Of a stretch of 64,000 nt of DNA, positions 1 to 10,398 are shown piece after piece. Within the stretch, counting starts at the first letter, position 1; each line of letters begins with the position of its first letter. The notes beneath the pieces were generated by a model, which saw only the letters and a program-made list of their open reading frames with translations, was not told the origin of the DNA and searched no databases. The DNA is taken from contig OZ024743.1 in assembly GCA_964016885.1 (NCBI GenBank), positions 337,404,001-337,468,000 on the forward strand, written 5' to 3'. Origin of the DNA: Eledone cirrhosa (taxonomy: Eukaryota). A program made the position numbers and the translations under genes.

Positions 1-344
1 TTACTGCCAAATATGCACACTTGGACTCACCAAATTTAATTTTGATGTCGGTTGAAAATTGTGTAATGAGGTCCAATTGTTTCTTGATGTCATTGATATT
101 TGGCCCATATAACTTCAGGTCGTCAACAAAGAAAACATGGGAGATACTTCTGGGCCCACTTCTTTGTCTACCTTGTTTCCCGAGTAGGTAAGATAGTGGA
201 TTCAGTGAGAGAACGAAGAGTAGCACTGACAAGCTATCACCCTGAAAGATGCCCTTCTGGTAATGTATCTTATCAGTCTTAACTTGCTCCTTCTCACCTC
301 TAAGGATCAAATTGGTGTACCAGTTCTTGGTCAGGCGTTCAACA

Positions 345-1303
345 GCAGCTACCAATGGTTGTGGGACTTTAGCTAACTGTAAAGCCTTAATAATCCACCC
401 ATGAGGTACACTATCAAATGCTTTTTGATAGTTCAGCCACACCACAGTCATGTTTCTGCGATTCTTTGTTGTTTTTTCCTGAATCATTTTGTTAGTTAGT
501 AGGTGATCTATGCAACCCCACACCTCCCTCTTTCCACTAGCTTGCTCAGGTGTTATGATGTTGTTGGTAGCACAGTGATCCTGTAAGAACAGGTTAAGGC
601 ACCCAGTATATAATTTATACATGATGTTTTCGCAGGCTATTGGGTGGTAATTTTTAGCAAGGGTGGTTTGGCTATTTTGGGGAATGAGGAGAGTAGTGGC
701 AGTTGATAACCATCTGGGCAGTTCTTATGTGCCTTTAATGGTTTCTGTAAACAGCCGTATGAGATCTTGCCGATAGAAAGTGAAATTCTTCAACCAGTAT
801 CCTGTAATGAGGTCTGGGCCTGGCGATTTCCTATTCGACATTTTCTGTAAAGCTGTTTCCAGTATTGACCCATCTATGCCATATTGTTTTGTCTGGACAT
901 GTTGGCAGTAGTCCTCCGTCATCCGTTTCCCATACAGAACTCCAGTAGCTCTCAACCTGTTCTTTTGAAGGGGTGTCATTTACAGGGATTGAGCTTTTGC
1001 CACCGAAGCTGCGATAAACTGATTTAGGATCTCTGGCAAACAATCTATTTAGTACTTGTCGTTTATGTGCTGTTGACTTATATTTTAGTCTTTCTGTTGT
1101 AGCTGTGAGTTGTTGTTTCAACTGGTGTAATTTGGAGTTCAAAGTTTTAAATTTTGTATCTCCAAATCGTCTCTCTAACCTTTTTTTAGGTCTTCCTGGT
1201 GTCGTGTGAAGTTGCTCTCTATGTTGCATTTCATAACGACTGCGATGTGTGAGATACTTCGTCTCAGGGATAAAATTTTGCTTTTTAAATTTCGCATCCA
1301 CGC

Positions 1304-1305
<2 letters not shown>
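345..1305 (-). mobile_element. R4/Dong-clade non-LTR retrotransposon fragment (N-terminal part of RT region), degenerate
   Basis: Minus-strand frames read NRLFARDPKSVYR, KSPGPDLITGYWLKNF and GCIDHLLTNKMI...WLNYQKAFDSVPH, typical R4/Dong RT motifs. The 5' end abuts (TATG)n at 1306. Confidence 0.85.
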
Positions 1306-1334
<29 letters not shown>

Positions 1335-1408
1335 TGTATGTATGTATGTATGTATGTATGTATGTATGTATGTATGTATGTATGTATGTATGTATGAATG
1401 TATGTATG

Positions 1409-3392
1409 TTCTTCTGGTTTTATAATTTCACAAAGTTTTACCAATAGAGAGAGAGTCGGTTTCTAACATAGACACAAGACTCTCTCATTGGAATTTACAC
1501 AACATCAACTAGGTAGATATGTATGTATGTCTGCATGCATGCACGTGTAGATATGGATGTTATTGTATGTGTGGATGTGTATGTTTTGAGTTGTATGTGT
1601 GCATGTGTATATGCTTTGTATCTGTACATGTGTATATGCAGTTATGAGATGCAACATTTTTGGAATGTTTTACATATTTTTACTGTTCCATTAATGGATT
1701 GTACTTGTAATTTCCTAACTAGTTGTGTTCTTTCTGTTCCTGTGAAGCCTAGCTTCTCAAGATTTGTATTGAGGCAGTTACTAACATATCCCAGTGCCCC
1801 AATAATCACAGGCATAAATCTGAAGGTGTAATCAGGGTGGAGTATCTGCAGATTTCTCATCAGTTCTGCATAAATATTCTCCTTTTCACTAATCCTTGAT
1901 ATTATATTGGCATCTGCTGGGCAGCTAATTTCCACTACTGTGCATGTTTTCTTCTCCCTGTCCCATATCATAATATCTGGTCTGTTATGCCTGCATTTTA
2001 TTGGGGTTTTTACTGGAACATTCCACCACTACTCTTTCATATTATGTACATGGATGTCTTCCACATTGTTGTAGCTTTTAATGTGTTTATTATCGGGGCT
2101 ATCGTTTTTACGAACTGCATTGTACAGTGTTTTGGCCACTACATCATGCCTCATAGGTAGATAGTACCGCGATGACATCTTTGGGCAGCTGCTGATGACA
2201 TGGGTGATATCCTCGATGTTAGTTCTGCAGAGTCTGCACTTGTTATCACATCTAGGTGTTTTGCCTGCATCCCTATCTCTTTTGTGAATCAGGTATTTCG
2301 TGCTAATCTCCTGTTCTTGGATTGCAAAAGCGTATCCTTCAAAGTGGGAGCCAATATAGCGGTTATTGGTCCAAGATAGACTACTTTCCTTATCTATATT
2401 ACTCTCACTCTGGAGCTTCCTGGCAACATATCCATGCATGATTTTTTGCTGATAGGCATGCAGTTTTTCATCCATGGATTCACTGCGATACTGCTGAGCG
2501 ACATCCCTGGGTGTGAGTTTTTGATTATCACACAGGGAATATCTCTCAAGGAGTTCCTTCCCAACTCTTATGATCTTATCTGTTTCATGCAGATAGACTT
2601 GCTCGAGAAGCGGGCTTCTACGTTTCGAGGTTCGTAGATGTTGTCGGAGAGATATGATGCGACATTCAAATGTTGTCTGGACTGATGTTAGGCCTCTGCC
2701 TCCCTGCTTACGTTTCAAGTAAAGGCGGTCTATGTCACTGTTGATGTGGAAGTTTCCGGTGTTGTTCAGTATTTTTCGAGTTCCAACATCAACTGCTCGG
2801 ATTTCGTCTATCGTCCAATTGAGTATTCCAAACGTTGGTGTTAGGACAGGCACAGCAAACACATTGTGAGCCACTGTTTTGTTTTGCGCAGAGAGTTCCG
2901 ATGACCAGATCTTTCTTAATCGGGTGTAGTATTCCCTGGTTACGCGTTCTTTATTACAGATACCATTATAGAATATGTTCTCATCTATCCCCAGGTATCT
3001 GTAGCAGTCCTCATCAGATATCGGTGAAACAGTTAGACCATTGATGACAATGTTGCTAGATTGGGTTGTTATTTTACCCCGCTTTACAGTCATGTATGAG
3101 CATTTATCTTGGCCAAACTCCATTCCTATATCCTTTGAGAACGTTGTAACCAGGTCAAGATTTTTCTTCATCCCATCCATGTTCTTGGCATAGAGTTTCA
3201 GATCGTCCACAAAGACGTTATGGGTTAGGTTCGTATTTCTGTCCTCCTGTGAGCCAATGATGTATCCCTCACATTTCTTGAGCAGAAAGGACAAGGGGTT
3301 TAATGACAAGATGAACAATATCACAGAGAGACTGTCCCCCTGAAATATACCCCTGCAATATTTTATTTTATCAGTGAAAATAGAGTCCTCTA
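1409..3392 (-). mobile_element. 5'-truncated R4/Dong-clade retrotransposon (RT C-half, CCHC finger, restriction-like endonuclease, 3'UTR) in a (CATA)n microsatellite
   Basis: ORFs 2029-3324 (FVDDLKLY; CRLC...HVISSC) and 1642-1971 (preceded by RPDI; VEISCP) are separated by one stop codon. The 3'UTR ends in (CATA)n, and (TATG)n lies on both flanks. Confidence 0.93.
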
Positions 3393-3398
3393 TTTATG

Positions 3399-3432
<34 letters not shown>

Positions 3433-3472
3433 TGTATGTATGTATGTATGTATGTATGTATGTATGTATTAT

Positions 3473-4080
3473 GTCAGGTCACCACTTGGTGCTACTGGTA
3501 ACATGTATCCCAGTACAACCTGTCTCATGGTCGGGTCGTTGGCGACTAAACTGGCAACCCCACCAAGGTTTCTTGGTGAGGAGGGTGACTTTGGACATCC
3601 TGCAGGACTAAATTCAAAACCTGTCAAAGGGCAACGGAGCTCTTAAGAGTCAATGGCCATCCAAAATCACTGGGAGAGATGACCCCTTAGCCTTTGTCAA
3701 GGCAGAATTCTAGGAGAAGGAAAACTCTGATATAACACCTGCAACCCTCATGGTATCCAATGATGTTGACTTGTTCTTCTTTTTGGTAAATATCATCTTG
3801 GTTAAGAGAGTGGGACTGGCTTTGTGCAGTGCCTTTGCTCACTATAAAAGCTTCACGGCACAGGCATTGCTTTATATCTGGAGATCTCTCTGCACTTGTC
3901 GTCACATGGTACCATGGGGCCAGCACTGTGTCAATAATTGTCACAAGTGTAGTGTTTGTACCAGAGTTTTCAAGTCGCTGGCTGGACTAAAAAGTCACAC
4001 TCGTTCAGCGCATCGGTAGGGGTTCTCCTACATGGACATAAAGTAGTGGCCGTACTCGAAAACGAGTTGGCAGCCACCAT
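3473..4080 (+). mobile_element. RTE-derived non-autonomous element (~610 bp), copy 1
   Basis: Near-identical to three copies at 29450-32059. The head resembles the 5'UTR of the RTE at 52770-52927. The tail encodes an RTE-type C-terminal C2H2 (CSVCTRVFKSLAGLKSHTRSAH*) followed by a 3' stem-loop and (ATGT)n. Confidence 0.85.
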
Positions 4081-4216
4081 ATGTATATGTATGCATGTAT
4101 GTTTATGTATGTATTTTCATGTATGTATGATAGGAGAATTATGGTTAGTCGTGTTTACGTGAATTTATTATGTGGAATCGAATATATATCTAAGAATGTT
4201 TCTTTTATAATTACAG

Positions 4217-4372
4217 GGTGACTCAGGCGGTCCACTGATATGTGAAAAGAACGATATGCCGGTTTTGGCTGGTTTAGCCAGTTACGGAAATTGTAACATG
4301 TATCCAGGTGTATTTACTAAAGTCTCCAGCTTTGTTGATTGGATTTATGAGAACATTAAGAAATCGATATAA
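4217..4372 (+). CDS. Terminal coding exon of an S1/trypsin-family serine protease
   Basis: A ttacag acceptor is followed by GDSGGPLICEKNDMPVLAGLASYGNCNMYPGVFTKVSSFVDWIYENIKKSI*. This has the catalytic Ser motif and the PGVFTKV..WI C-terminus. AATAAA overlaps the stop. Upstream exons were not found in the window. Confidence 0.93.
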   Translation, partial: GDSGGPLICEKNDMPVLAGLASYGNCNMYPGVFTKVSSFVDWIYENIKKSI

Positions 4373-4540
4373 ATAAACATTTGACAATCGATTAGTTTAC
4401 ATTGTCGTAAATGTAGACAGTTGCGAAAAGAGAAACAAAATTGATCATGTTAATTTTATTTTTGACGATTGAATATAAGATTATTTCAGTATTGTTGTTG
4501 TTATTTTTGCTGCTGTCATCTTGTTCGTTGTTTTTATATA

Positions 4541-4900
4541 TACGAGGGGGCTTCAAAAAGTTCGTGGAAGAGGTACATAGTTAAAATCATATGAGAGAAT
4601 TTTGATCTCAATGCACTTGTACGTTCTCGTAGTAACGTGTCATAACATGTTCTAACATGAACCCTTAAATACATGTTGCAACGCTGCACCGCCAGTTGGA
4701 AATCAGCACACACTTGAGCAGCATGGCCTTCATCAAAACATCAAATTAATAGTGAAGAGCAGCCGAATCATTGATGCTCTGGAGCAAGTTTATGTGGACA
4801 ATGCCCCAAAGAAATCAACAACCAGAAATGGAAGAGATGAGGTTGAAGATGATCCCCAGTTGAAGATGTAAAAAAAGCTGCTTTGACATGATTTAAATCA
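4541..4900 (+). mobile_element. mariner (irritans/Hsmar2-like) remnant
   Basis: TA-CGAGGGGGCTTCAAAAAGTT is a TIR-like start. A decayed transposase N-terminus reads NIKL.VK..IIDALEQVYVDNAPKKST..GRDEVEDDP. Confidence 0.75.
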
Positions 4901-4906
4901 CATGCT

Positions 4907-4978
4907 CTCAGACAGTCTTTGGTAAAACTGTTTCGAATCATGTGAAGGGAATTACCAATTCTATTGCTCTTCAGTGGA
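4907..4978 (-). ncRNA. Hammerhead-like motif (PLE type, weak stem I)
   Basis: Minus strand reads CTGAAGA...GAAA CAGT(loop)ACTG TC; stem I has only about 2 bp. Confidence 0.5.
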
Positions 4979-5157
4979 TGTATTAATTAGTAGACCTTTC
5001 ACTTCTAGGTTTCTTAGAAGACTAAATGAGGCGCGTGTTTAAAATAACGCACATGGCATTCAGTGCCTAGCGTGTTTCGTAAAACATATGCTACTAAAAA
5101 TAGCAGCCAGGTTCACTCGACATTTAATAAGCTCTACAAAATTCAAGGAGCCGTATT

Positions 5158-5371
5158 TATCAAAAGTATATATTGAGTTAGAAACTCAGAATAGTCCGAT
5201 ACAATTAAAATAGCTCAAGAAAAAAAATGTTCCGAGCCATATAATATATATCTGTGTTTATCGCTCTTTATTATATTAAATTATACTATACCGCTCGGAA
5301 TTTTTTTTCCTTGGGCTATTTTAATTGTAAGGGACTATTCTGAGTTTCTAACTCAATATATACTTTTGATA
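5158..5371. repeat. Fold-back inverted repeat (~80-bp arms) ending at (TA)n
   Basis: tatcaaaagtatatattgagttagaaactcagaatagtcc pairs with ggactattctgagtttctaactcaatatatacttttgata. Confidence 0.85.
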
Positions 5372-5399
5372 TATATATATATACAGTATATATATATAT

Positions 5400-6520
5400 A
5401 AGAGAGTATTGAAGTTTGTTTGAAAGAAATGGATAGAATGACTAGGAAGCTAATGACTACCTACAGCATGTTCCACACAAGAGAAGTGATGTCGATAGAC
5501 TCCACTTAAAGAGATCTGAAGGTGGAAGAGGTCATATCAGTATAGAGGACTGTGTTCAGATGGAGAAAAACAGTCTGCACAAATATGTGTCTGAGTGTAG
5601 GGTGCCGATGCTCAAAGTTGTACTGAAGGAGAAGACAATAGACCAGGGGATGTCCAAGGAGGAAGTAACAACAAAGAGGAAGGGCAACCTTCATGAAAAA
5701 TCCCTTCATAGCACCTTCTTTAAGAAAACGGAATTCAGAGATTCACAGACATAGAGCTGGTGAAAAATAAGAGACCTTAAAAAATCTACAGCAGGAATGC
5801 TAATGGCTGCACAAGAGCAAGCCCTCAGAACAAAGTGGGTGAAACACCATATTGACAAGACGGAGGCTAGCCCACTCTGTAGGATTTGTGGAGAGACAGA
5901 GGAGGCTGTAGCTCACATCGTATCCGAGTGTAAACACCTAGCCCAGACTCACTATAAAGGTTGGAGGCACGATATAATAGGAAAGGTGATTCATTGGCAT
6001 AAATAATTTACCACATTCTGAGAAGTGGTATGATCGTAAGCCAGAGTTGGTGCTATGAGATTTCAGGATACAGACGGACAAGAAATTAGAACACAATAGG
6101 CCTGACCTGGTGTTTTATGACAAAGAAAAAAGATCGTGCCTGATTGTAGATGTAGCCTGCCGCTTTTGTACAAGAGTGCAAGAAAAGGAGAAGGAGAAAA
6201 TTAACCGGTACCAGAATCTAACGTCGCAACTGAAAATGATTTGGGACTGTCATGAGATCAAGGCTCTATCTCGAAGAGTTTTTAAGGATGGTTAAAGAAC
6301 ATTAGTCCAGCCCCCATTTTTGGAACACTTGAAAAGATATGCTTGCTGGGAACAATAAGGACCCTCCACTACCCGCAGCCTCAGATATTCAGGAATATCT
6401 GAATATGCAGTTAGCGGCTTGATATTCATTTGAACAAACTTTCCAGTTAAATAACATCAATGACTGAGACTCCAAGAAAATAATGATAATTATAATAATA
6501 AAAATAATGATAATAATAAC
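5400..6520 (+). mobile_element. Second R4/Dong-family 3' fragment, degenerate, ending in (TAA)n
   Basis: Frames read DVDRLHLKRSEGGRG, AAQEQALRT, CRICGETEEAVAHIVSEC and HNRPDLV...IVDVA. A TAA-rich tail lies at 6480-6520. Confidence 0.85.
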
Positions 6521-6789
6521 TGTCTGAGAAACTGTTGAATCATGTATAAAGCTTCAGCTCGGCTTTTAGCCAAATCTTGCTATATATTTGGTAGTGTTAG
6601 ATTTGCAAGAGCACACATTCCTCAGGCTTCCGTTGTCTATGAACAAGCAAACGAAAGGACCGCAAAAGAATGCGGCATAAATGTATTTTAGGAAAGGAAG
6701 CAATTTGTCAAAAATGTTCGCTAAATGATCACACACAGACATACACATGCACACACACACACACACACACGCGCACACGCACACGCACA

Positions 6790-6863
<74 letters not shown>

Positions 6864-7477
6864 TGTATATATATAAAATAAAATAAAATAATATAAAATA
6901 AACACAAAACAAAAGAAAACGAAGCTGAACATAAATACCTTATATTAATTAGTCGTTGCAATCAAGCTTTGAAGCCAAGAATCGAATGACATATCTTGAA
7001 ATAGAAAGTGTTATTAGCGAGTGGTTAAGAAAATACGCGGGGAAATGAAATTTCTACGACAAGCCTATATAAATAAAATATAATAACTTGGTCTGTATCA
7101 TATATACATGATGGCTGCAACTCGATTTCGAGTAATGCCATCACTTGATACTTAAGCATGAACGGACGTGGCTTTTAGTCCTGCTAAGGAATTGTCTATG
7201 GCCGGCCATACAATGCATCGTAAAAGAAAATGTCAAATATCGAGCGATGCCTGTGCTTGAAACTTTTTTAAGTGAGGAAAGCCTTTGCATGGTACCAATC
7301 CTACTCTCTGAACATCAAATGCATTTACCAAGTCGCAGAGTGACCTTCTCTTAGAGAGATATCTTAATGAAGAATAGGAGTCTCTCGCTCCTCAAAAAAA
7401 GAAAGAAAAAGAAAAAAATACTTATTGGTTGATCGTTGACTCTCCTGAGTTCCTCTGCCCTTTTATACATACATACA

Positions 7478-7790
7478 TAGGAAATTATAAGTACAGTCCA
7501 TTAATGGAACAGTAAAAATATGTAAAACATTCCAAAAATGTTGCATCTAATAACTGCATATATACACATATACAGATACAAAGCGTATACACATGCACAC
7601 ATACAACTCAAAACATACACATCCATAAATACAATAACATCCATACCTACACATGCATGCATGCAGACATGCATACATATCTACCTAGTTGATGTGTAAA
7701 TTCCAATGAGAGAGTCTAGAGTCTATGTTAGGAACCAACTCTCTATTGGCAAAAATTTGTGAAATTATAAAACCAGAAGAACATACATAC
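7478..7790 (+). mobile_element. Short 5'-truncated copy of the (CATA)n-associated R4/Dong element
   Basis: Reverse complement of 1409-1715, with CATA repeats on both sides. Confidence 0.9.
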
Positions 7791-7832
7791 ATACATGTAT
7801 ACATACATGTATACAGACAGGCATGTGTGCAT

Positions 7833-7931
<99 letters not shown>

Positions 7932-8144
7932 TACATATATATATAACTTATTTGTATTTATCGTAGTTGTGATACAAGTATGGCCACTGACTTCGGATGT
8001 TTCTCTTGGTGTCACACTTTGTAACTGTTGTATTTTAATCTGGGCGATAATGTTTACCTACTCACTCCATTGAGTGCTTTCTGATTGCCTCAAACAACTC
8101 GATTACTACCTGCTGTATGGTGGCTACAACTTCGATGCATACCC

Positions 8145-8212
<68 letters not shown>

Positions 8213-8445
8213 ACTATATATCTAGGGATTGGGGAATTAGTTAGAAGCCAAAGCGTAAAGGCATGTGCTCAATGTGCAATATGCAGTGGAAGGCACCTAG
8301 GTGGCTGGGTTCATGCAGAGGTTAGGTGCACAGAGCTGGAAATATTCATTAGTTAAGCAAAACAAGACCACAAATTTCACAAGGAAGACATTATTAAAAG
8401 ATTGTCAACATAGTTGTAGTTTAATGTAAGGAATGTAAAGAATAA

Positions 8446-8927
8446 TAATAATAATAATAATGCTAATAATGTCCGTTTACAATTGTTTCGCTATTCCATA
8501 TAATTTTTCTAATATATGGAACATTACATTCATGCAACCATCTTTTTTACCTTAACTTATATTCCTTTTGAAGTTCCGATGAACTGCTCCAATTTTACCT
8601 AAGTTAATTATCTTCAACTGAACCAGATCAATAATTGTTTCTACTTTTTGGCACAAGGCCAGTAATTACCCAGTGCATTGCTGGTACTTTATTTTATCAA
8701 CCCCGTAAGGATGAAAGGCAAAGTCAACCTCAGCGGGATTTGAACTCAGATCGTTAAGGGACGTAACTATGCTGGAAAGCATGGCATCCGACCCTCTACC
8801 GATACTGCCAATCCACCGCCTTGAACCAGATCAATAATGATCTATAATCATTTGATCCAGAAACATTATATGGAGTAGCGAAACAATTGTAAACGGACAT
8901 TATTAGTATTATTATTATTATTATTAT
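8446..8927. repeat. Fold-back inverted repeat (~55-bp arms) flanked by (AAT)n, with partial HHR (GAAA CAATTG TA)
   Basis: Arms at 8446-8502 and 8860-8927; a SINE is inserted in the spacer. Confidence 0.75.
8636..8821 (-). mobile_element. tRNA-derived SINE with 17-bp TSD
   Basis: Minus strand has A box TGGCAGTATCGG, B box GAGTTCAAATCCC and core GCCTTTCATCCTTACGGGGTTGATAAAATAAAGTACCAG. TSD TGAACCAGATCAATAAT lies at 8619-8635 and 8822-8838. Confidence 0.9.
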
Positions 8928-9364
8928 TGGCGACCTACGTAGTAAATCGTATCATCGTGAGCTCCGCAAAGGTTTGTTATTTTTAGTTGTTTAAAATTGC
9001 CATTTATGGAAAATTTTTATTGTTAACTGTATATAAGTGCACATACATTGATTTCTGAAAAGGACACTCAAAAATATTGGGGCCTTGAGCCCAAAATTTC
9101 AACTTTTTATAATTATCAAACAAACATTTTTCTTTGAAAAATAATGGATGACTCAGAGTCACTCCTTCCTCACAATCTAACACCTCACACCGACACCACC
9201 ATTGTAAATATTGCTACGTTTGCCAACACTGGAAATGTAAGCAGTAGCAATATTTAAAATTTGTCTCAGGTAGACGTTCATTTCCCGCCATTACCAATGA
9301 CTGCAGGTGTTAAAGCCGCCACCACCACCACCACCGCGACAACCACCACCCCACCACCACCACA

Positions 9365-10398
9365 GTGACAACAGAAACAAAAGAAAAAAATAAATTAACT
9401 CGTGATATCAAAATGAATTCAACCAAAATGAACTCTTCCACACCGAACACCACTGACGCCACCACCACCACAACTGAAACTAAAATTAACAATAGCAAAA
9501 ATAACGATAACAACAACAGCAACAATGAAATTAAGAAAACTACCCTGAGTTTTGCCAGAGTAGCAAAAACGTGCGAAGCAATCCAGGTAACTCAGGAGGA
9601 ATTAGAAGAAGCCAAAGGAATAGTAAAGAAAGATGGGTACAGGGTCAGCCTCATCCCCCCACACACCTAATAAAATGGAGCAACGTCGCCTATGAACCGT
9701 GTCTTATCGGACAATTAACATAAAATCGCGCCGAGTGGAACGGGCATCCGAGTCCCAAATCCAAAAAGCTTTGGGACATGTGTGGGCTAAAAAAACTCAC
9801 ATCAGACGTGGGCAGAAGTATGGAACCGTGGACGTGTTCTTTGAAACACCACAGGAGGCCAGAGAACACTCCATGGCCCCATTGAGAAGTGACGACTTCA
9901 CACTCGTCCCAAGCTATTGTGGCCAGAGACTTGTGAAGATCAGGGTGACCCACGTTCTACCGGCCATCGAAATTCCCTGGCTAATGGCTGCCGTCTTCAC
10001 CGCCGGCATCGAGGCCAACACCAAGATAATTGAAATAGCGAAAGAAAAGCAGGAGAACTGGTCCGGATCTGGGATGGAGCTCCTGATCCAAGCGGACCAT
10101 AAAAGCATTGAGGAGATCCCAGAGGTAATAGACCTCACTGACGGCAGCCACCTCACCGTAATCGTCGAGGGCAGAAGACCAAGGTGTGTCGTTTGTGGTG
10201 AAGGAACCCACCTAAGGGATTTCTGCCCTCAGGCTAAAAGGTTGAGGCCACCTCTCTTACCCACCCCAGGGACTCAACCATCAACACCACCAGCAGCAGA
10301 AATGGCAGCAACAACTGTAGCAGCAACAACAGAAGCAACTGTAACAGCAACAACCCCAGCAACAGTGGTCTTTCCCATCTTTTCCACTCCATTTCAAC
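9365..10398 (+). pseudogene. LINE ORF1 (gag-like, CCHC knuckle)
   Basis: SFARVAK motif and GRRPRCVVCGEGTHLRDFCP; internal stop at 9668. Confidence 0.8.

Noticed and set aside
8740-8821. tRNA gene
   Set aside because: The A/B boxes belong to a multi-copy SINE head with TSDs; no complete cloverleaf.
8928-8945. TGGCGACC as an LTR-retrotransposon primer binding site
   Set aside because: No LTR pair or integrase; the downstream element is an APE-type LINE.
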